Source: Vitreoscilla sp.
GTDB lineage: Bacteria > Pseudomonadota > Gammaproteobacteria > Burkholderiales > Burkholderiaceae_C
Reading direction: 5' to 3'
NCBI GenBank assembly: GCA_045810285.1
Contig: JBJMWE010000281.1
Coordinates: forward strand, 3,916-67,915
Length of the DNA: 64,000 bases
Position 1 is the stretch's first letter, and each line of letters starts with the position of its first letter. Below the pieces are notes generated by a model. The model saw only the letters and a list, made by a program, of their open reading frames with translations, did no database searches and was not told the DNA's origin. Position numbers and translations under genes: made by a program. Of this stretch, positions 1-10,223 are shown in pieces.

Positions 1-768
1 GGGCGCTTCAAGCCCGATGTCGTCGCCCCCGGCACCAGCATCTTGTCGACACATTCGCGCAAAGCGCCGGCAGCAAAAACCACCTTTGGCACATCGAGCG
101 ACCCCAACTACTTCTTCGACTCCGGCACCAGCATGGCAACTCCGCTCGTCGCAGGCTGCGCAGCGGTGCTGCGCGAGACGCTCATGAAGAACGGGATGCC
201 GTCGCCCCCTGCCGCGCTGGTCAAGGCACTGCTGATCAACGGGGCGGTGCCGTTGCCCGGGCAGTACAGCCCAAGCGAGGCGGGTCCTTCCCCGAACAAC
301 AATTCGGGCTTCGGGAGAGTCAACCTGCTCGGGTCGGTGATCCTTCCAGGTCCCAACCCGGATGCCGGATTTGGCAGCGGCGGCCCGCTGAAACAGGGCG
401 CCAAGGACACTTTCACCGTCAAGATTCCGAGCCATTCCCCGGGCCACCACGGCGTCACCCCTGCGGGCCCCGCCGGAGCGGCTCTGGGCGTCGGCACGAC
501 GGGTCTCGGCGCGACGTTCAAGATCACGCTGGTCTGGTCCGACCCCGCCGGCGCACTTCTGCAGAACGATCTCGACTTGATCGTCAAAGCGGCCGATGGG
601 AGCGAGCGACACGGCAACATGGGCACCGGCAAGGGATTCGACCGCGTGAACAATGTCGAGCAGGTGATCTGGACCAACATGCCGCCGGGGGACGCCAAAG
701 TGACGATTCGCGCGACCCGTATCACCCGCTTCCCACAGCCTTACGCTTACGCATGGCGGATCAGCTGA
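1..768 (+). CDS. Subtilisin-like serine peptidase (S8 family), C-terminal part; 5' end lies outside the window
   Basis: Frame 1 is open from base 1 (GRFKPDVVAPGTSI...). It has the catalytic-Ser motif GTSMATPLVAG and a beta-rich C-terminal domain (TFKITLVWSDPAG...NVEQV). Stop at 766-768. Confidence 0.85.
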   Translation, partial: GRFKPDVVAPGTSILSTHSRKAPAAKTTFGTSSDPNYFFDSGTSMATPLVAGCAAVLRETLMKNGMPSPPAALVKALLINGAVPLPGQYSPSEAGPSPNNNSGFGRVNLLGSVILPGPNPDAGFGSGGPLKQGAKDTFTVKIPSHSPGHHGVTPAGPAGAALGVGTTGLGATFKITLVWSDPAGALLQNDLDLIVKAADGSERHGNMGTGKGFDRVNNVEQVIWTNMPPGDAKVTIRATRITRFPQPYAYAWRIS

Positions 769-812
769 AGCACCTTGCGCAGCGCGGGACTGACTGCCTT
801 GGAGCATCCAAG

Positions 813-1793
813 TCAGGTGAGCTGCCCGCCTGCATCCGACGGCAGCGCCCTCGCCCCCCGAGCGAACCTGCACCGCGCCCAATCCGCCCCATTGGCGATC
901 ACGAACTCCCTGAACGCCGCGTTCACACCACTCAATACGGTGTCGCGCCGCTGCACGAAGCACCAATCGACGTGCTTGGGCAGGTCGAGCACGTCCAGCA
1001 CCGTCATCAGGCCGGCCTGCAGTTCGACCTGGAACGTGTGCGCCGACAGGAAGCTGATGCCCATGCCGCACATCACGGCCTGCTTGATCGTCTCGTTGCC
1101 GGCCAGCTCCATCACCGAGCGCACCTGGATCGCCTGTGACTGCAGCAGCTGTTCGAGGAACTGCCGCGTGGCCGAGCCCTGCTCGCGGAAGATGAAGTTC
1201 TCCTCGCGCAGGTCGGCCCAGCGCAGGCGCGTGCGGCTTGCCAACGGGTGGTCGGGATGCGCGACGATGCAATGCGGATTGCGCGCGAACGTCGTCGCCT
1301 CCAGGTCGCCTTCCGACGGGGGGTAGCCCGAGATCGCGATGTCGAGCTGGTGCTCCTGCAGCATCGCCAGCACCGCCGGTCGCTTCGCGACGGTCAGCTT
1401 CAGGCGGACCTCGGGATGAAGCTGGTTGAACGCATGCAGCAGCCGCGGCGCGAAGTAGTGCGCCGTGGAGACGACGCCGATGTGCAGCAGGCCGCGTTGC
1501 CCGCGAGCGCCCCACGCCTGCGAATCGCCGCCGTACGCCATCAGCGACGCCTCGGCGGCGCGCACCTGCGCCCCGATGATGCGGGCGTGCTGCAGCAGCT
1601 CGCGTCCGGCGTCGGTCATGCGCTGGCGATGCTGCCGGTCGAACAGCGCCGTGCCGACCTCCTCCTCGAGCTGGCGGATGTGCATCGAGACGGCCGGCTG
1701 GGTCATCTCGAGCTGTTCCGCGGCGCGCGAGAAGCTGCCGCAGGTGGCGACCATCTCGAAGATCCGCAGCGTTTTCAGGTTGAGGGACTTCAT
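813..1793 (-). CDS. LysR-family transcriptional regulator
   Basis: 326 aa with an N-terminal HTH (LKTLRIFEMVATCGSFSRAAEQLEMTQPAVSMHIRQLEEEVG) and a LysR substrate-binding region. Divergent from the rhamnose genes. Confidence 0.9.
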   Translation of the reverse strand: MKSLNLKTLRIFEMVATCGSFSRAAEQLEMTQPAVSMHIRQLEEEVGTALFDRQHRQRMTDAGRELLQHARIIGAQVRAAEASLMAYGGDSQAWGARGQRGLLHIGVVSTAHYFAPRLLHAFNQLHPEVRLKLTVAKRPAVLAMLQEHQLDIAISGYPPSEGDLEATTFARNPHCIVAHPDHPLASRTRLRWADLREENFIFREQGSATRQFLEQLLQSQAIQVRSVMELAGNETIKQAVMCGMGISFLSAHTFQVELQAGLMTVLDVLDLPKHVDWCFVQRRDTVLSGVNAAFREFVIANGADWARCRFARGARALPSDAGGQLT

Positions 1794-1913
1794 CGCAGGC
1801 AGGTGGTGGGTCGGGGGTTTCCCGAGGCTGGCGAGTCCTTGTCGATGGTGATCCGCGCATCCGCCTCGCGAAATCGCGGGCCAACGGGGCGCCCGTCGGG
1901 CAGTGGCACGGAG

Positions 1914-1955
1914 TCATATCAGTTTACTTATGAATTGGATCAGCTTTCATCAATT
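1914..1955. promoter_or_regulatory. AT-rich divergent control region with inverted repeats (candidate LysR/operator sites)
   Basis: TCATA(1914-1918)-N10-TATGA(1929-1933) and AATTG(1933-1937)-N13-CAATT(1951-1955), inside the only AT-rich patch of the 231-bp lysR/rhaD intergenic region. Confidence 0.35.
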
Positions 1956-2024
1956 GCGCTCAAGAAGGCCTGGACCTACCCTGCCCGCCAGCATTCCACG
2001 CGCATAGCCGACGAGACGACGACC

Positions 2025-4124
2025 ATGACCACTCCGCCCCCCTTCCCTCGCTGGGACGACACCCGCGCCGACAGCCTCGACGAGCCCCGGCAGTTGCTCT
2101 ATCGCTCGAACCTGCTGGGGTCCGACCTGCGCATCACGAACTACGGTGGCGGCAACACGTCGGCCAAGATCATGCAGGTCGATCCGCTGACGGGCGCGCA
2201 GGTCGAGGTGCTGTGGGTCAAGGGTTCCGGCGGCGACCTCGGGTCGATGAAGCTCGACGGCTTCTCCACGCTCTACATGGACAAGCTGCGCGCGCTCAAG
2301 ACCTTGTACCGCGGCCGCGAACACGAGGACGAGATGGTGGCCTACCTGCCCCACTGCACCTTCAACCTCAACAGCCGCGCCGCATCGATCGACACGCCGC
2401 TGCACTCGTCCCTGCCCTACAAGCACGTCGACCACATGCATCCCGATGCGGTGATCGCGATCGCCGCGATGGCGAACTCGCAGGCGATCACGCAGAAGGT
2501 GTTCGAAGGCAGCGTCGGCTGGATGCCTTGGCTGCGGCCCGGCTATGAGCTCGGCCAGCAGCTGGCGGCCCACGATGCGGCGCATCCCGGGCTGCGCGGC
2601 ATCGTGCTGGGCGGCCACGGCCTGTTCAGCTGGGGCGACACGGCCCGGAGCTGCTACGAGAACACCGTCGACCTGATAGACCGCGCGCAGCGCTGGCTGG
2701 CGACGGAGCGCGGCGCACGCAAGGTGCAGGTGTTCGGCGGCGCCCGGCTCGAGGCCCTGCCCGCGGCCGACCGGGACGCGACGCTGGCCCGCGTGCTGCC
2801 GGTCCTGCGCGGGCTGTCCGCCGAGGGCTCGCCGAAGCTGCTGCACGTGAACACCTCCGACGAGGTCATGGCCTTCGTCGACTCCCATGACCTGGAACCG
2901 CTGGCGGCGCTCGGCACCTCGTGTCCCGACCACTTCCTGCGCACCAAGATCCGCCCGCTCATCGTTCCCGAATCGGTCTACACGCTGGCCGGCGGCGAAC
3001 TGCGCGCCGCGCTGGGCGAGCTCATCGCGACGTATCGGGCCGATTACGCGGCGTACTACGAACGCTGCAGGCGCCCGACCAGTCCCCCGCTGCGCGACCC
3101 CAACCCGGTGGTGCTGCTGCTGCCGCGCATCGGCATGATCACGGTGGCCAGGGACAAGGCGACGGCGCGCATCGCCGGCGAGTTCTACGTCAACGCCATC
3201 AACGTGATGCGCGAGTCCAATGCCGTCGACCAGTACGTCGGATTGCCCGAGCAGGAGGCGTTCGACATCGAATACTGGCTGCTCGAGGAGGCCAAGCTCC
3301 AGCGCATGTCCAAGCCCAAGCCCATGGTCGGCAAGGTCGCGCTCGTGACCGGCGGCGCCGGCGGCATCGGGCAGGCCATCGCGCGCCGCATCCTGGCCGA
3401 TGGCGGCTGCGTGGTGCTGGCCGACATCGACGACGAGGCGCTGCAATCGGTCAGCGCGGATCTGGCGAAGGCACATGGCAAGGATCACGTTCGCGGCGTG
3501 CGCGTCGACGTCACCGACGAGGCCAGCGTCATCGCCTCGTTCGCGCGCGCGGCGCTCGAATTCGGCGGCATCGACATCCTCGTGAGCAACGCCGGCATCG
3601 CGTCGGCCGCGCCACTCGAGGACACGACGCTGGAGCTCTGGAACCGCAACCAGGACATCCTCGCCAAGGGCTACTTCCTGGTCGGGCGCGAAGCCTTCCG
3701 GCAGATGAAGGCCCAGGGCACGGGCGGGGCGATCGTCGTCATCGCCAGCAAGAACGGCATGGTGGCCAGCAACCAGGCCACGGCCTACTGCGCAGCCAAG
3801 GCGGCCGAGATCCAGCTGAGCCGCAGCTTCGCGCTGGAAGGGGCGCCGCTGGGCATCCGCTCCAACGTCGTGAACCCGGACGCCGTGATCCGCGGCTCCA
3901 AGATCTGGACGGGCAAGTGGAGCGAGGAGCGCGCCGCGGCCAACAAGGTGGCCGAGCAGGACCTCGAGGCGTTCTATCGCGACCGCTCGATGCTCAAGCG
4001 CAGTGTCCTTCCCGAGGACATCGCCGAGGCCGCCTATTTCTTCGCCGCCGACCACCTGAGCGCGAAGAGCACGGGCAACATCATCAACGTGGATGCCGGC
4101 AATCTCGCCGCCTTCACGCGCTGA
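2025..4124 (+). CDS. rhaD: Bifunctional rhamnulose-1-phosphate aldolase / short-chain dehydrogenase
   Basis: ATG 2025 is in frame with track ORF 1248..4124. The N-terminal region is class-II aldolase-like (LRITNYGGGNTSAK, HVDHMHPDAV). The C-terminal SDR has Rossmann TGGAGGIGQAIA and YCAAKAA (YxxxK). Confidence 0.85.
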   Translation: MTTPPPFPRWDDTRADSLDEPRQLLYRSNLLGSDLRITNYGGGNTSAKIMQVDPLTGAQVEVLWVKGSGGDLGSMKLDGFSTLYMDKLRALKTLYRGREHEDEMVAYLPHCTFNLNSRAASIDTPLHSSLPYKHVDHMHPDAVIAIAAMANSQAITQKVFEGSVGWMPWLRPGYELGQQLAAHDAAHPGLRGIVLGGHGLFSWGDTARSCYENTVDLIDRAQRWLATERGARKVQVFGGARLEALPAADRDATLARVLPVLRGLSAEGSPKLLHVNTSDEVMAFVDSHDLEPLAALGTSCPDHFLRTKIRPLIVPESVYTLAGGELRAALGELIATYRADYAAYYERCRRPTSPPLRDPNPVVLLLPRIGMITVARDKATARIAGEFYVNAINVMRESNAVDQYVGLPEQEAFDIEYWLLEEAKLQRMSKPKPMVGKVALVTGGAGGIGQAIARRILADGGCVVLADIDDEALQSVSADLAKAHGKDHVRGVRVDVTDEASVIASFARAALEFGGIDILVSNAGIASAAPLEDTTLELWNRNQDILAKGYFLVGREAFRQMKAQGTGGAIVVIASKNGMVASNQATAYCAAKAAEIQLSRSFALEGAPLGIRSNVVNPDAVIRGSKIWTGKWSEERAAANKVAEQDLEAFYRDRSMLKRSVLPEDIAEAAYFFAADHLSAKSTGNIINVDAGNLAAFTR

Positions 4125-4140
4125 CCCACAGGAGCCGGCC

Positions 4141-5430
4141 ATGGCCCAGATCCACCGCAGCATCATCGACGCCCACAACGACGGCCTGTTGCGCCACGTT
4201 CGCGACGACTACGAACACCTGGGCGAGCAGCTCGCTCGCCGCAACGTCGACATCGAGACGGTGCGGACCCAGGTGGCGGCGTTCGGCGTCGCCATCCCGA
4301 GCTGGGGCGTCGGCACGGGTGGCACGCGCTTCGCGCGCTTCCCCGGCCCGGGCGAGCCGCGCAACGTGTTCGACAAGCTGCAGGACTGCGGCGTGATCCA
4401 GCAGCTGGCGCGCGCGACACCCACCGTGTCGCTGCACATCCCCTGGGACAAGTGCAGCGACTGGACCGAACTGAAGCAGGCCGCGGCGAACCAGGGCCTC
4501 GCGTTCGACGCGATCAACTCCAACACCTTCTCCGACCAGAAGGGCCAGGCCCACAGCTACAAGTTCGGCAGCCTGACGCACACCGACGCGGCCACGCGCG
4601 CGCAGGCGGTCGCCCACAACATCGAGTGCATCGAGATCGGCCGCCAGATCGGCTCGAAGGCGCTGACGGTGTGGGTGGGCGACGGCAGCAACTTCCCCGG
4701 CCAGCAGCACTTCCGGCGCGCATTCGACCGCTACCTGGACAGCACGCGCCAGATCTACGCCGCGCTGCCGGCGGACTGGCGCATGTTCCTCGAGCACAAG
4801 ATCTGCGAGCCCGCGTTCTACAGCACGGTGATCCAGGACTGGGGTTCGAGCTTCCTCGCGGCCAGCGCGCTCGGCGCGAAGGCGCAGTGCCTGGTCGACC
4901 TCGGCCACCACGCGCCCAACGTCAACATCGAGCTGATCGTGGCGCGGCTCGCCGCAGCCGGCAAGCTTGCGGGTTTCCACTTCAACGACAGCAAGTACGG
5001 CGACGACGACCTGGATGCGGGCAGCGTGGCACCGTACCGGCTGTTCCTGGTCTTCAACGAACTGGTCGCCGCAGCGCACGAACGCGTCGCGGGCTTCGCG
5101 CCCGCGTACATGCTCGACCAGAGCCACAACGTCACCGATCCCATCGAGAGCCTCATGACCAGCGCGGCGCAGGTGCAACGCAGCTATGCGCAGGCCTTGC
5201 TGGTCGACCGCGCGGCGCTCGACGCCGCGCAGGACGCCAACGACGCGCTGACTGCCAGCCAGTTGTTGAAGACCGCATTCCAGACCGACGTCACTGCCCT
5301 GCTGCAGCGCATGCGGCTCGATGCCGGCGGCGCGATCGACCCCGTCGGCACGTATCGCGCGAGCGGCTATCGACGCCAGGCGGCCCAGGAGCGCCCCGCC
5401 GTCGCGGGCGGAGGCGGCGGCATCGTCTAG
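4141..5430 (+). CDS. rhaI: L-rhamnose isomerase (xylose-isomerase-like TIM-barrel type)
   Basis: ATG 4141 (MAQIHRSIIDAHNDGLL...), 429 aa. It resembles the Pseudomonas stutzeri/Rhizobium-type RhaI and lies between the rhaD-like gene and the rhamnose ABC genes. Confidence 0.8.
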   Translation: MAQIHRSIIDAHNDGLLRHVRDDYEHLGEQLARRNVDIETVRTQVAAFGVAIPSWGVGTGGTRFARFPGPGEPRNVFDKLQDCGVIQQLARATPTVSLHIPWDKCSDWTELKQAAANQGLAFDAINSNTFSDQKGQAHSYKFGSLTHTDAATRAQAVAHNIECIEIGRQIGSKALTVWVGDGSNFPGQQHFRRAFDRYLDSTRQIYAALPADWRMFLEHKICEPAFYSTVIQDWGSSFLAASALGAKAQCLVDLGHHAPNVNIELIVARLAAAGKLAGFHFNDSKYGDDDLDAGSVAPYRLFLVFNELVAAAHERVAGFAPAYMLDQSHNVTDPIESLMTSAAQVQRSYAQALLVDRAALDAAQDANDALTASQLLKTAFQTDVTALLQRMRLDAGGAIDPVGTYRASGYRRQAAQERPAVAGGGGGIV

Positions 5431-5543
5431 GGCGAGAAGGTTCACACGGCCGGGACGAGGCGCCGGCAAGAGTACCGCCTCGAGGCAGAACGGCCGGCCC
5501 CTCGTCGGCGTCGAACTTCAATCAGAAGACAGGAGACAAACCA

Positions 5544-6536
5544 ATGACACATCGCACTTCCGCGCTGCTCGCCGCCGTCCTGGCGGTGGTGCTGGCCCAA
5601 CCGGCCTTGGCAGCCGACAAGATCGCCCTGGTCGTCAAGTCGCTGGGCAACGGCTTCTTCGACGCCGCGCACCAGGGCGCGATGGATGCCGCCAAGGAGC
5701 TCAAGGACGTCGAGATCATCTACACCGGTCCGGCCAAGGCCACCGCCGAGGGACAGATCGAGATCATCAACACGCTCATCGCCCAGGACGTCAAGGCCAT
5801 CGTGATCTCGGCCAACGACCCCGACGCGCTGGTGCCGGTGCTCAAGAAGGCGATGGCGCGCGGCATCAAGGTCGTGTCCTTCGATTCCGCGGTGCGCAAG
5901 GACGGCCGCCAGATGCACCTGGCCCCCTCGTCGACCGCCCTGATCGGCCAGAAGCTGGTGACCATGGCCGAGGACGCGGGCGGCAAGAACGCCGAGATCG
6001 CCGTGCTGTCGGCCACCGCGCAGGCGACCAACCAGAACGCCTGGATCGCCACGATGAAGACCGTGCTGGCGCAGCCCGGGCACGCAGGCGTGAAGCTCGA
6101 CGCCGTCGTCTACGGCGACGACCAGACCGACAAGAGCTACCGCGAGGCGCAGGGCCTGTTCAAGAGCTATCCCAACCTGAAAGTCATCGTCGCGCCGACG
6201 ACCGTGGGCGTGGCGGCCGCGGCCAAGGCCGTGCAGGACGAGCACAAGGTCGGCCAGATCTATGTCACGGGCCTGGGCCTGCCGTCGGAGATGGCAGGAC
6301 ACGTGCACAGCGGCGCGGTCAAGTCGTTCGCGATCTGGAACCCGATCGACCTCGGCTACTCGTCGATCTATGCCGCCGAGGCCTTCATCAAGGGCTCGGC
6401 CAAGGGAGCGCCGGGCGAGCAGATCTCCCTGGGTCGCGTCGGCAAGGTGACCCTGGACAAGGACAACGAGGCGGCGATGGCCGAACCGTTCAACTACGAC
6501 GCGACCAACGTCGACAAGTTCGCGAAGTTCTTCTGA
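5544..6536 (+). CDS. rhaS: Rhamnose ABC transporter periplasmic substrate-binding protein
   Basis: SD AGGAGA upstream of ATG 5544. Signal peptide MTHRTSALLAAVLAVVLAQPALA, followed by a type-I periplasmic sugar-binding fold (KIALVVKSLGNGFFD). Confidence 0.85.
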   Translation: MTHRTSALLAAVLAVVLAQPALAADKIALVVKSLGNGFFDAAHQGAMDAAKELKDVEIIYTGPAKATAEGQIEIINTLIAQDVKAIVISANDPDALVPVLKKAMARGIKVVSFDSAVRKDGRQMHLAPSSTALIGQKLVTMAEDAGGKNAEIAVLSATAQATNQNAWIATMKTVLAQPGHAGVKLDAVVYGDDQTDKSYREAQGLFKSYPNLKVIVAPTTVGVAAAAKAVQDEHKVGQIYVTGLGLPSEMAGHVHSGAVKSFAIWNPIDLGYSSIYAAEAFIKGSAKGAPGEQISLGRVGKVTLDKDNEAAMAEPFNYDATNVDKFAKFF

Positions 6537-6554
6537 CGTCGTCAACCCGAGGCC

Positions 6555-6580
6555 GCCTGTCGCCGCTCGGGGCGACAGGC
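6555..6580 (+). promoter_or_regulatory. Intercistronic stem-loop between rhaS and rhaT
   Basis: Perfect 10-bp stem GCCTGTCGCC / GGCGACAGGC with a 6-nt loop, starting 19 nt after the rhaS stop. There is no U-tract. Confidence 0.5.
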
Positions 6581-6592
6581 AGGATCACGCTC

Positions 6593-8233
6593 ATGAGTTC
6601 CTTGCCTTCCTTGCCCGAATCGCCGCCTGCGGCCACGCCCGTGCTGACCGTCCGGGGCCTGCACAAGCGCTTCGGCGCGACGCATGCCCTGCGCGGGATC
6701 GATCTCGAGCTCGTCGCGGGCCAGGTGCTGGCACTCGTCGGCGAGAACGGCGCGGGCAAGTCGACGCTCGTGAAGATCCTGACCGGCGTGCATCCGCCCA
6801 CCGAGGGCGAGGTGCTGCTCGGCGGCCAGGCGCGTCGCTTCGAGAGCGCCCAGCAGGCCCAGGACGCGGGCATCGTGGCCGTCCACCAGGAGACGGTGAT
6901 GTTCGACGAGCTGAGCGCGGCCGAGAACATCTTCATCGGACGCCAGCCGATGCGCGGCCTGCCCGGGCTTCGCTTCATCGACTGGACGCGCATGAACCGC
7001 CGCGCACAGCAGGCGCTCGACGACGTCGGCGCCGGGTTCGCGGCCACCACGCTGGTGCGCGATCTCAGCCTGGCGCAGCGCCATCTCGTGGAGATCGCGC
7101 GTGCGCTGTCGCAGCAGGCGCGCGTCGTGATCCTCGACGAGCCGACCGCCGCCCTGTCGCAAGCCGAGATCCGCGATTTCTACGGCCTCGTGCGCGGCCT
7201 GAAGGCGCGCGGCGTCGCGGTGCTGTTCATCACGCACAAGTTCGACGAGCTGTTCGCGGTATGCGATCGCTACGTCGTGCTGCGCGACGGCGCGTCGGTG
7301 GGCAGCGGGCGGATGGCCGATGCCGACGAGGCCGGCCTGGTGCGCCTGATGGCGGGCCGCGCCATCGACAAGATCTATCCATCCATCCGCAGCGTGCCCG
7401 GCGAGACCGTGCTGCAGGTGCGCTCGCTGAGCCATCCGACCGAATTCCACGACCTCCACTTCGCGCTGCGCCGCGGCGAGATCCTCGGCTTCTACGGACT
7501 CGTCGGGGCGGGCCGCAGCGAGGCCATGCTGGCCCTGATGGGACTGAACCCGCAGGCGAGCGGCGAGGTCACGGTCGAAGGCCGCCGCCTCGCGCTGCGG
7601 GATCCGGCCGACGCCATCGCCGCCGGCCTCGCGTACGTGCCCGAGGAGCGCCAGCGCCAGGGCGCGATCCTCTCGTTCTCGGTCCGCCACAACATGAGCC
7701 TGGCCGCGCTGGCCGGCCCGCGAAGAATGGCCTCCGCGGTCCTCTCGCGCGGCGCGTGGCTGTCGCCGCGGCGCGAATCGGATCTCGCGGAGCGGATGAT
7801 CAAGCGCCTTTCGATCAAGACCGAGTCGCAGCACACGCCGCTGTCGGGCCTGTCGGGCGGCAACCAGCAGAAGGTCGTCATCGGAAAGTGGCTGGGGCTG
7901 GACCCGCGCATCGTGATCCTCGACGAGCCCACCAAGGGCATCGACGTCGGCGCCAAGCAGGCGGTGTACGAACTGATCGCCGAGATGGTCGAGCAAGGGC
8001 TCGCGGTGATCCTCGTCTCGTCCGAGTTGCCGGAGGTCACCCACCTTGCCCATCGCGTCATCGTGATGCGGCGCGGCCGCCAGGTCGCCGAGTTCGCCCA
8101 TGGAATGCTGGATCCGGAGGACATCGTCGCCGCGGCGTCCGGGTTGGCCCGCTCGTCGTCATCGGAACGAGGCATCGGCGCGCAGCACGACGCGGCGACC
8201 GGCAGCGGCCCGTTGACGGAGCTCGCCGCATGA
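6593..8233 (+). CDS. rhaT: Sugar (rhamnose) ABC transporter ATP-binding protein, duplicated cassette
   Basis: ATG 6593. Walker A GENGAGKST, Walker B VVILDEPT, and a second-cassette signature LSGGNQQK with IVILDEPTKGID. Confidence 0.9.
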   Translation: MSSLPSLPESPPAATPVLTVRGLHKRFGATHALRGIDLELVAGQVLALVGENGAGKSTLVKILTGVHPPTEGEVLLGGQARRFESAQQAQDAGIVAVHQETVMFDELSAAENIFIGRQPMRGLPGLRFIDWTRMNRRAQQALDDVGAGFAATTLVRDLSLAQRHLVEIARALSQQARVVILDEPTAALSQAEIRDFYGLVRGLKARGVAVLFITHKFDELFAVCDRYVVLRDGASVGSGRMADADEAGLVRLMAGRAIDKIYPSIRSVPGETVLQVRSLSHPTEFHDLHFALRRGEILGFYGLVGAGRSEAMLALMGLNPQASGEVTVEGRRLALRDPADAIAAGLAYVPEERQRQGAILSFSVRHNMSLAALAGPRRMASAVLSRGAWLSPRRESDLAERMIKRLSIKTESQHTPLSGLSGGNQQKVVIGKWLGLDPRIVILDEPTKGIDVGAKQAVYELIAEMVEQGLAVILVSSELPEVTHLAHRVIVMRRGRQVAEFAHGMLDPEDIVAAASGLARSSSSERGIGAQHDAATGSGPLTELAA

Positions 8234-9234
8234 AGCCGCTGTCCCGCCGCATGGCGCGCGAGGGCATCCTCGCGGCCATCATCGCCGTCATCGCGCTCGC
8301 GGTCGGCCTGCGCGCGCCGGTGTTCCTGACCTGGCGCAACGGCGCCGACATCCTCAACGATTCCGCGATCCTCTTGATCCTCGTGATGGGACAGATGCCG
8401 GTGCTGCTGACGCGCGGCGTCGACCTGTCGGTGGCCGCCAACCTCGCGCTCACCGGCATGCTGTGCGCGCTTGCCGGCAAGGCGCTGCCGGGCATCCCCC
8501 TGGCGGTCTTCCTGGCGCTGGCGCCGGGCATCGGCGCCCTCCTCGGCGCGATCAACGGCTGGCTCATCACGCGCTTCTTCCTGCCGTCCATCGTCGTCAC
8601 GCTCGGCACGATGTCGGTCTACCGCGGCGCGATCTTCGTCGCCGGCCACGGCGCGTGGGTGTCCGACCAGGACATCCATCCCGCCATCAAGGGCCTGCCC
8701 CGCGAGACCTTGCTGGGCTTGCCGACGCCGTGGTGGGTGGCCGCCGCGGTCGTGGCGGCAATGGCCTGGCTGCTGCGCTGGCGGCGCGAGGGCCGGGAGC
8801 TGTATGCCTACGGCGGCAACGCGAGCGCGGCCAACTACGCGGGCGTCCCGGTTCGCCGGCGCCTGATGATGGCCTACACGCTGTCGGGCGCGCTGGCCGG
8901 GCTGGCCGGGCTGCTCTGGGTCGGCCGCTACTCGATCGCGTTCACCGAGCTGGCCTCGGGCTACGAGCTCACCGTCATCGCCGCCTGCGTGATCGGCGGC
9001 GTGAGCATCGGGGGCGGCGTCGGCACCGTGGGCGGCGCGGTGCTGGGCGTGCTGTTCATCGGCGTCGTCAACGGCGCCCTGCCCGTCATCCAGGTCTCGC
9101 CGTTCTGGCAGCAGGCGATCGCGGGCTTGGTCATCCTGGTGTCGGTGGCCTTGAACTCGCGGGCGCAGCGCCAGGCCGGGCGCCAGATCCTCGAACGCGG
9201 CAGCGCACCGCATCCGAAGGGAGCCACGGCATGA
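8230..9234 (+). CDS. rhaP: Sugar ABC transporter permease
   Basis: ATGA start/stop overlap with rhaT. Multi-TM protein of the AraH/RbsC permease type (LLTRGVDLSVAANLALTG). Confidence 0.85.
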   Translation: MKPLSRRMAREGILAAIIAVIALAVGLRAPVFLTWRNGADILNDSAILLILVMGQMPVLLTRGVDLSVAANLALTGMLCALAGKALPGIPLAVFLALAPGIGALLGAINGWLITRFFLPSIVVTLGTMSVYRGAIFVAGHGAWVSDQDIHPAIKGLPRETLLGLPTPWWVAAAVVAAMAWLLRWRREGRELYAYGGNASAANYAGVPVRRRLMMAYTLSGALAGLAGLLWVGRYSIAFTELASGYELTVIAACVIGGVSIGGGVGTVGGAVLGVLFIGVVNGALPVIQVSPFWQQAIAGLVILVSVALNSRAQRQAGRQILERGSAPHPKGATA

Positions 9235-10208
9235 AGGCCGTCGACACCTGGGAGCGCGTGCTCGTCGCGCTGATCGTCCTCGTCTACGTCGTGTTCGGCC
9301 TGGGGATCCACGGCTTCCTCGCGCCGTACGCGATCGCCGACAGCACCACCAACATGTCCGAGAAGGCCATCATCGCGCTCGCGATGGCGCTGCTGGTCGT
9401 CGCGGGCGAGATCGACCTGTCCATCGCCGCCACGATGGCCCTCAGCTCGCTGGCCATGGGCTTCGCGATGAAGGCGGGTGCGGCCCTGCCCCTGATGCTC
9501 GCGGCGGCCGCGGCCACCGGCGCGGCCTGTGGCGCGCTGAACGGCTGGCTGGTCACGCGCTGGCAGCTGCCGTCCATCGTGGTCACCATCGGCACGCTGT
9601 CGCTCTATCGCGGCCTGGCGCAGGTGCTGCTGGGAGACCAGGCCATCACCGGCTATCCGGACCGGCTGAGCACCTGGGGCAACGGCACGCTGGGCGACCT
9701 GGCCGACCTGCCCAAGCTCATCGTGCCCATCGAGTTCGCCGTGATGGTGTTGATGGCCATCGCGGTGGGGCTGCTGCTGCATCGCACGGTGCACGGTCGT
9801 CGCATCTTCGCGATCGGCGCCAACCGGATCGCCGCGCGGTTCTCGGGCATCTCGGTCGACCGCTACCGCTTCCTGCTGTTCGTGTTCGCCGGGCTGATGG
9901 CGGCGCTCGCCTCGGTGCTGCTCACGGGCCGCATCGGCAGCACCCGGCCGAATCTCGCGATGGGCTGGGAGCTCGACGCCGTCACCATCGTCATCCTGGG
10001 TGGCGTCGCCATCGAGGGCGGACGGGGAAGCATCGTCGGCACCGTCCTGGCCTCCGTGCTGCTCGGCAGCTTCACGTTCGGTCTCGGCATGCTCAACGTC
10101 TCGGGCATCGTGATGTCGATGATCGTCGGCGCGCTGCTGGTGGTGTCGATGGTGCTGCCCCGCTGGTTGCGCTACGGCGCGCTGCTGCGGCGCGTGCGCG
10201 TCGCCTGA
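9231..10208 (+). CDS. rhaQ: Sugar ABC transporter permease
   Basis: ATGA overlap with rhaP. Second AraH/RbsC-type permease (GEIDLSIAATMALSS). Confidence 0.85.
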   Translation: MKAVDTWERVLVALIVLVYVVFGLGIHGFLAPYAIADSTTNMSEKAIIALAMALLVVAGEIDLSIAATMALSSLAMGFAMKAGAALPLMLAAAAATGAACGALNGWLVTRWQLPSIVVTIGTLSLYRGLAQVLLGDQAITGYPDRLSTWGNGTLGDLADLPKLIVPIEFAVMVLMAIAVGLLLHRTVHGRRIFAIGANRIAARFSGISVDRYRFLLFVFAGLMAALASVLLTGRIGSTRPNLAMGWELDAVTIVILGGVAIEGGRGSIVGTVLASVLLGSFTFGLGMLNVSGIVMSMIVGALLVVSMVLPRWLRYGALLRRVRVA

Positions 10209-10223
10209 CTCGTCCGTCCTCCC

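Noticed and set aside
1950-4178. 742-aa ORF antisense to the rhaD-like gene
   Set aside because: The translation is Arg/Ala/Gly/Asp-rich with no motifs, while the opposite strand encodes a recognisable aldolase/SDR. This is a typical high-GC shadow ORF.
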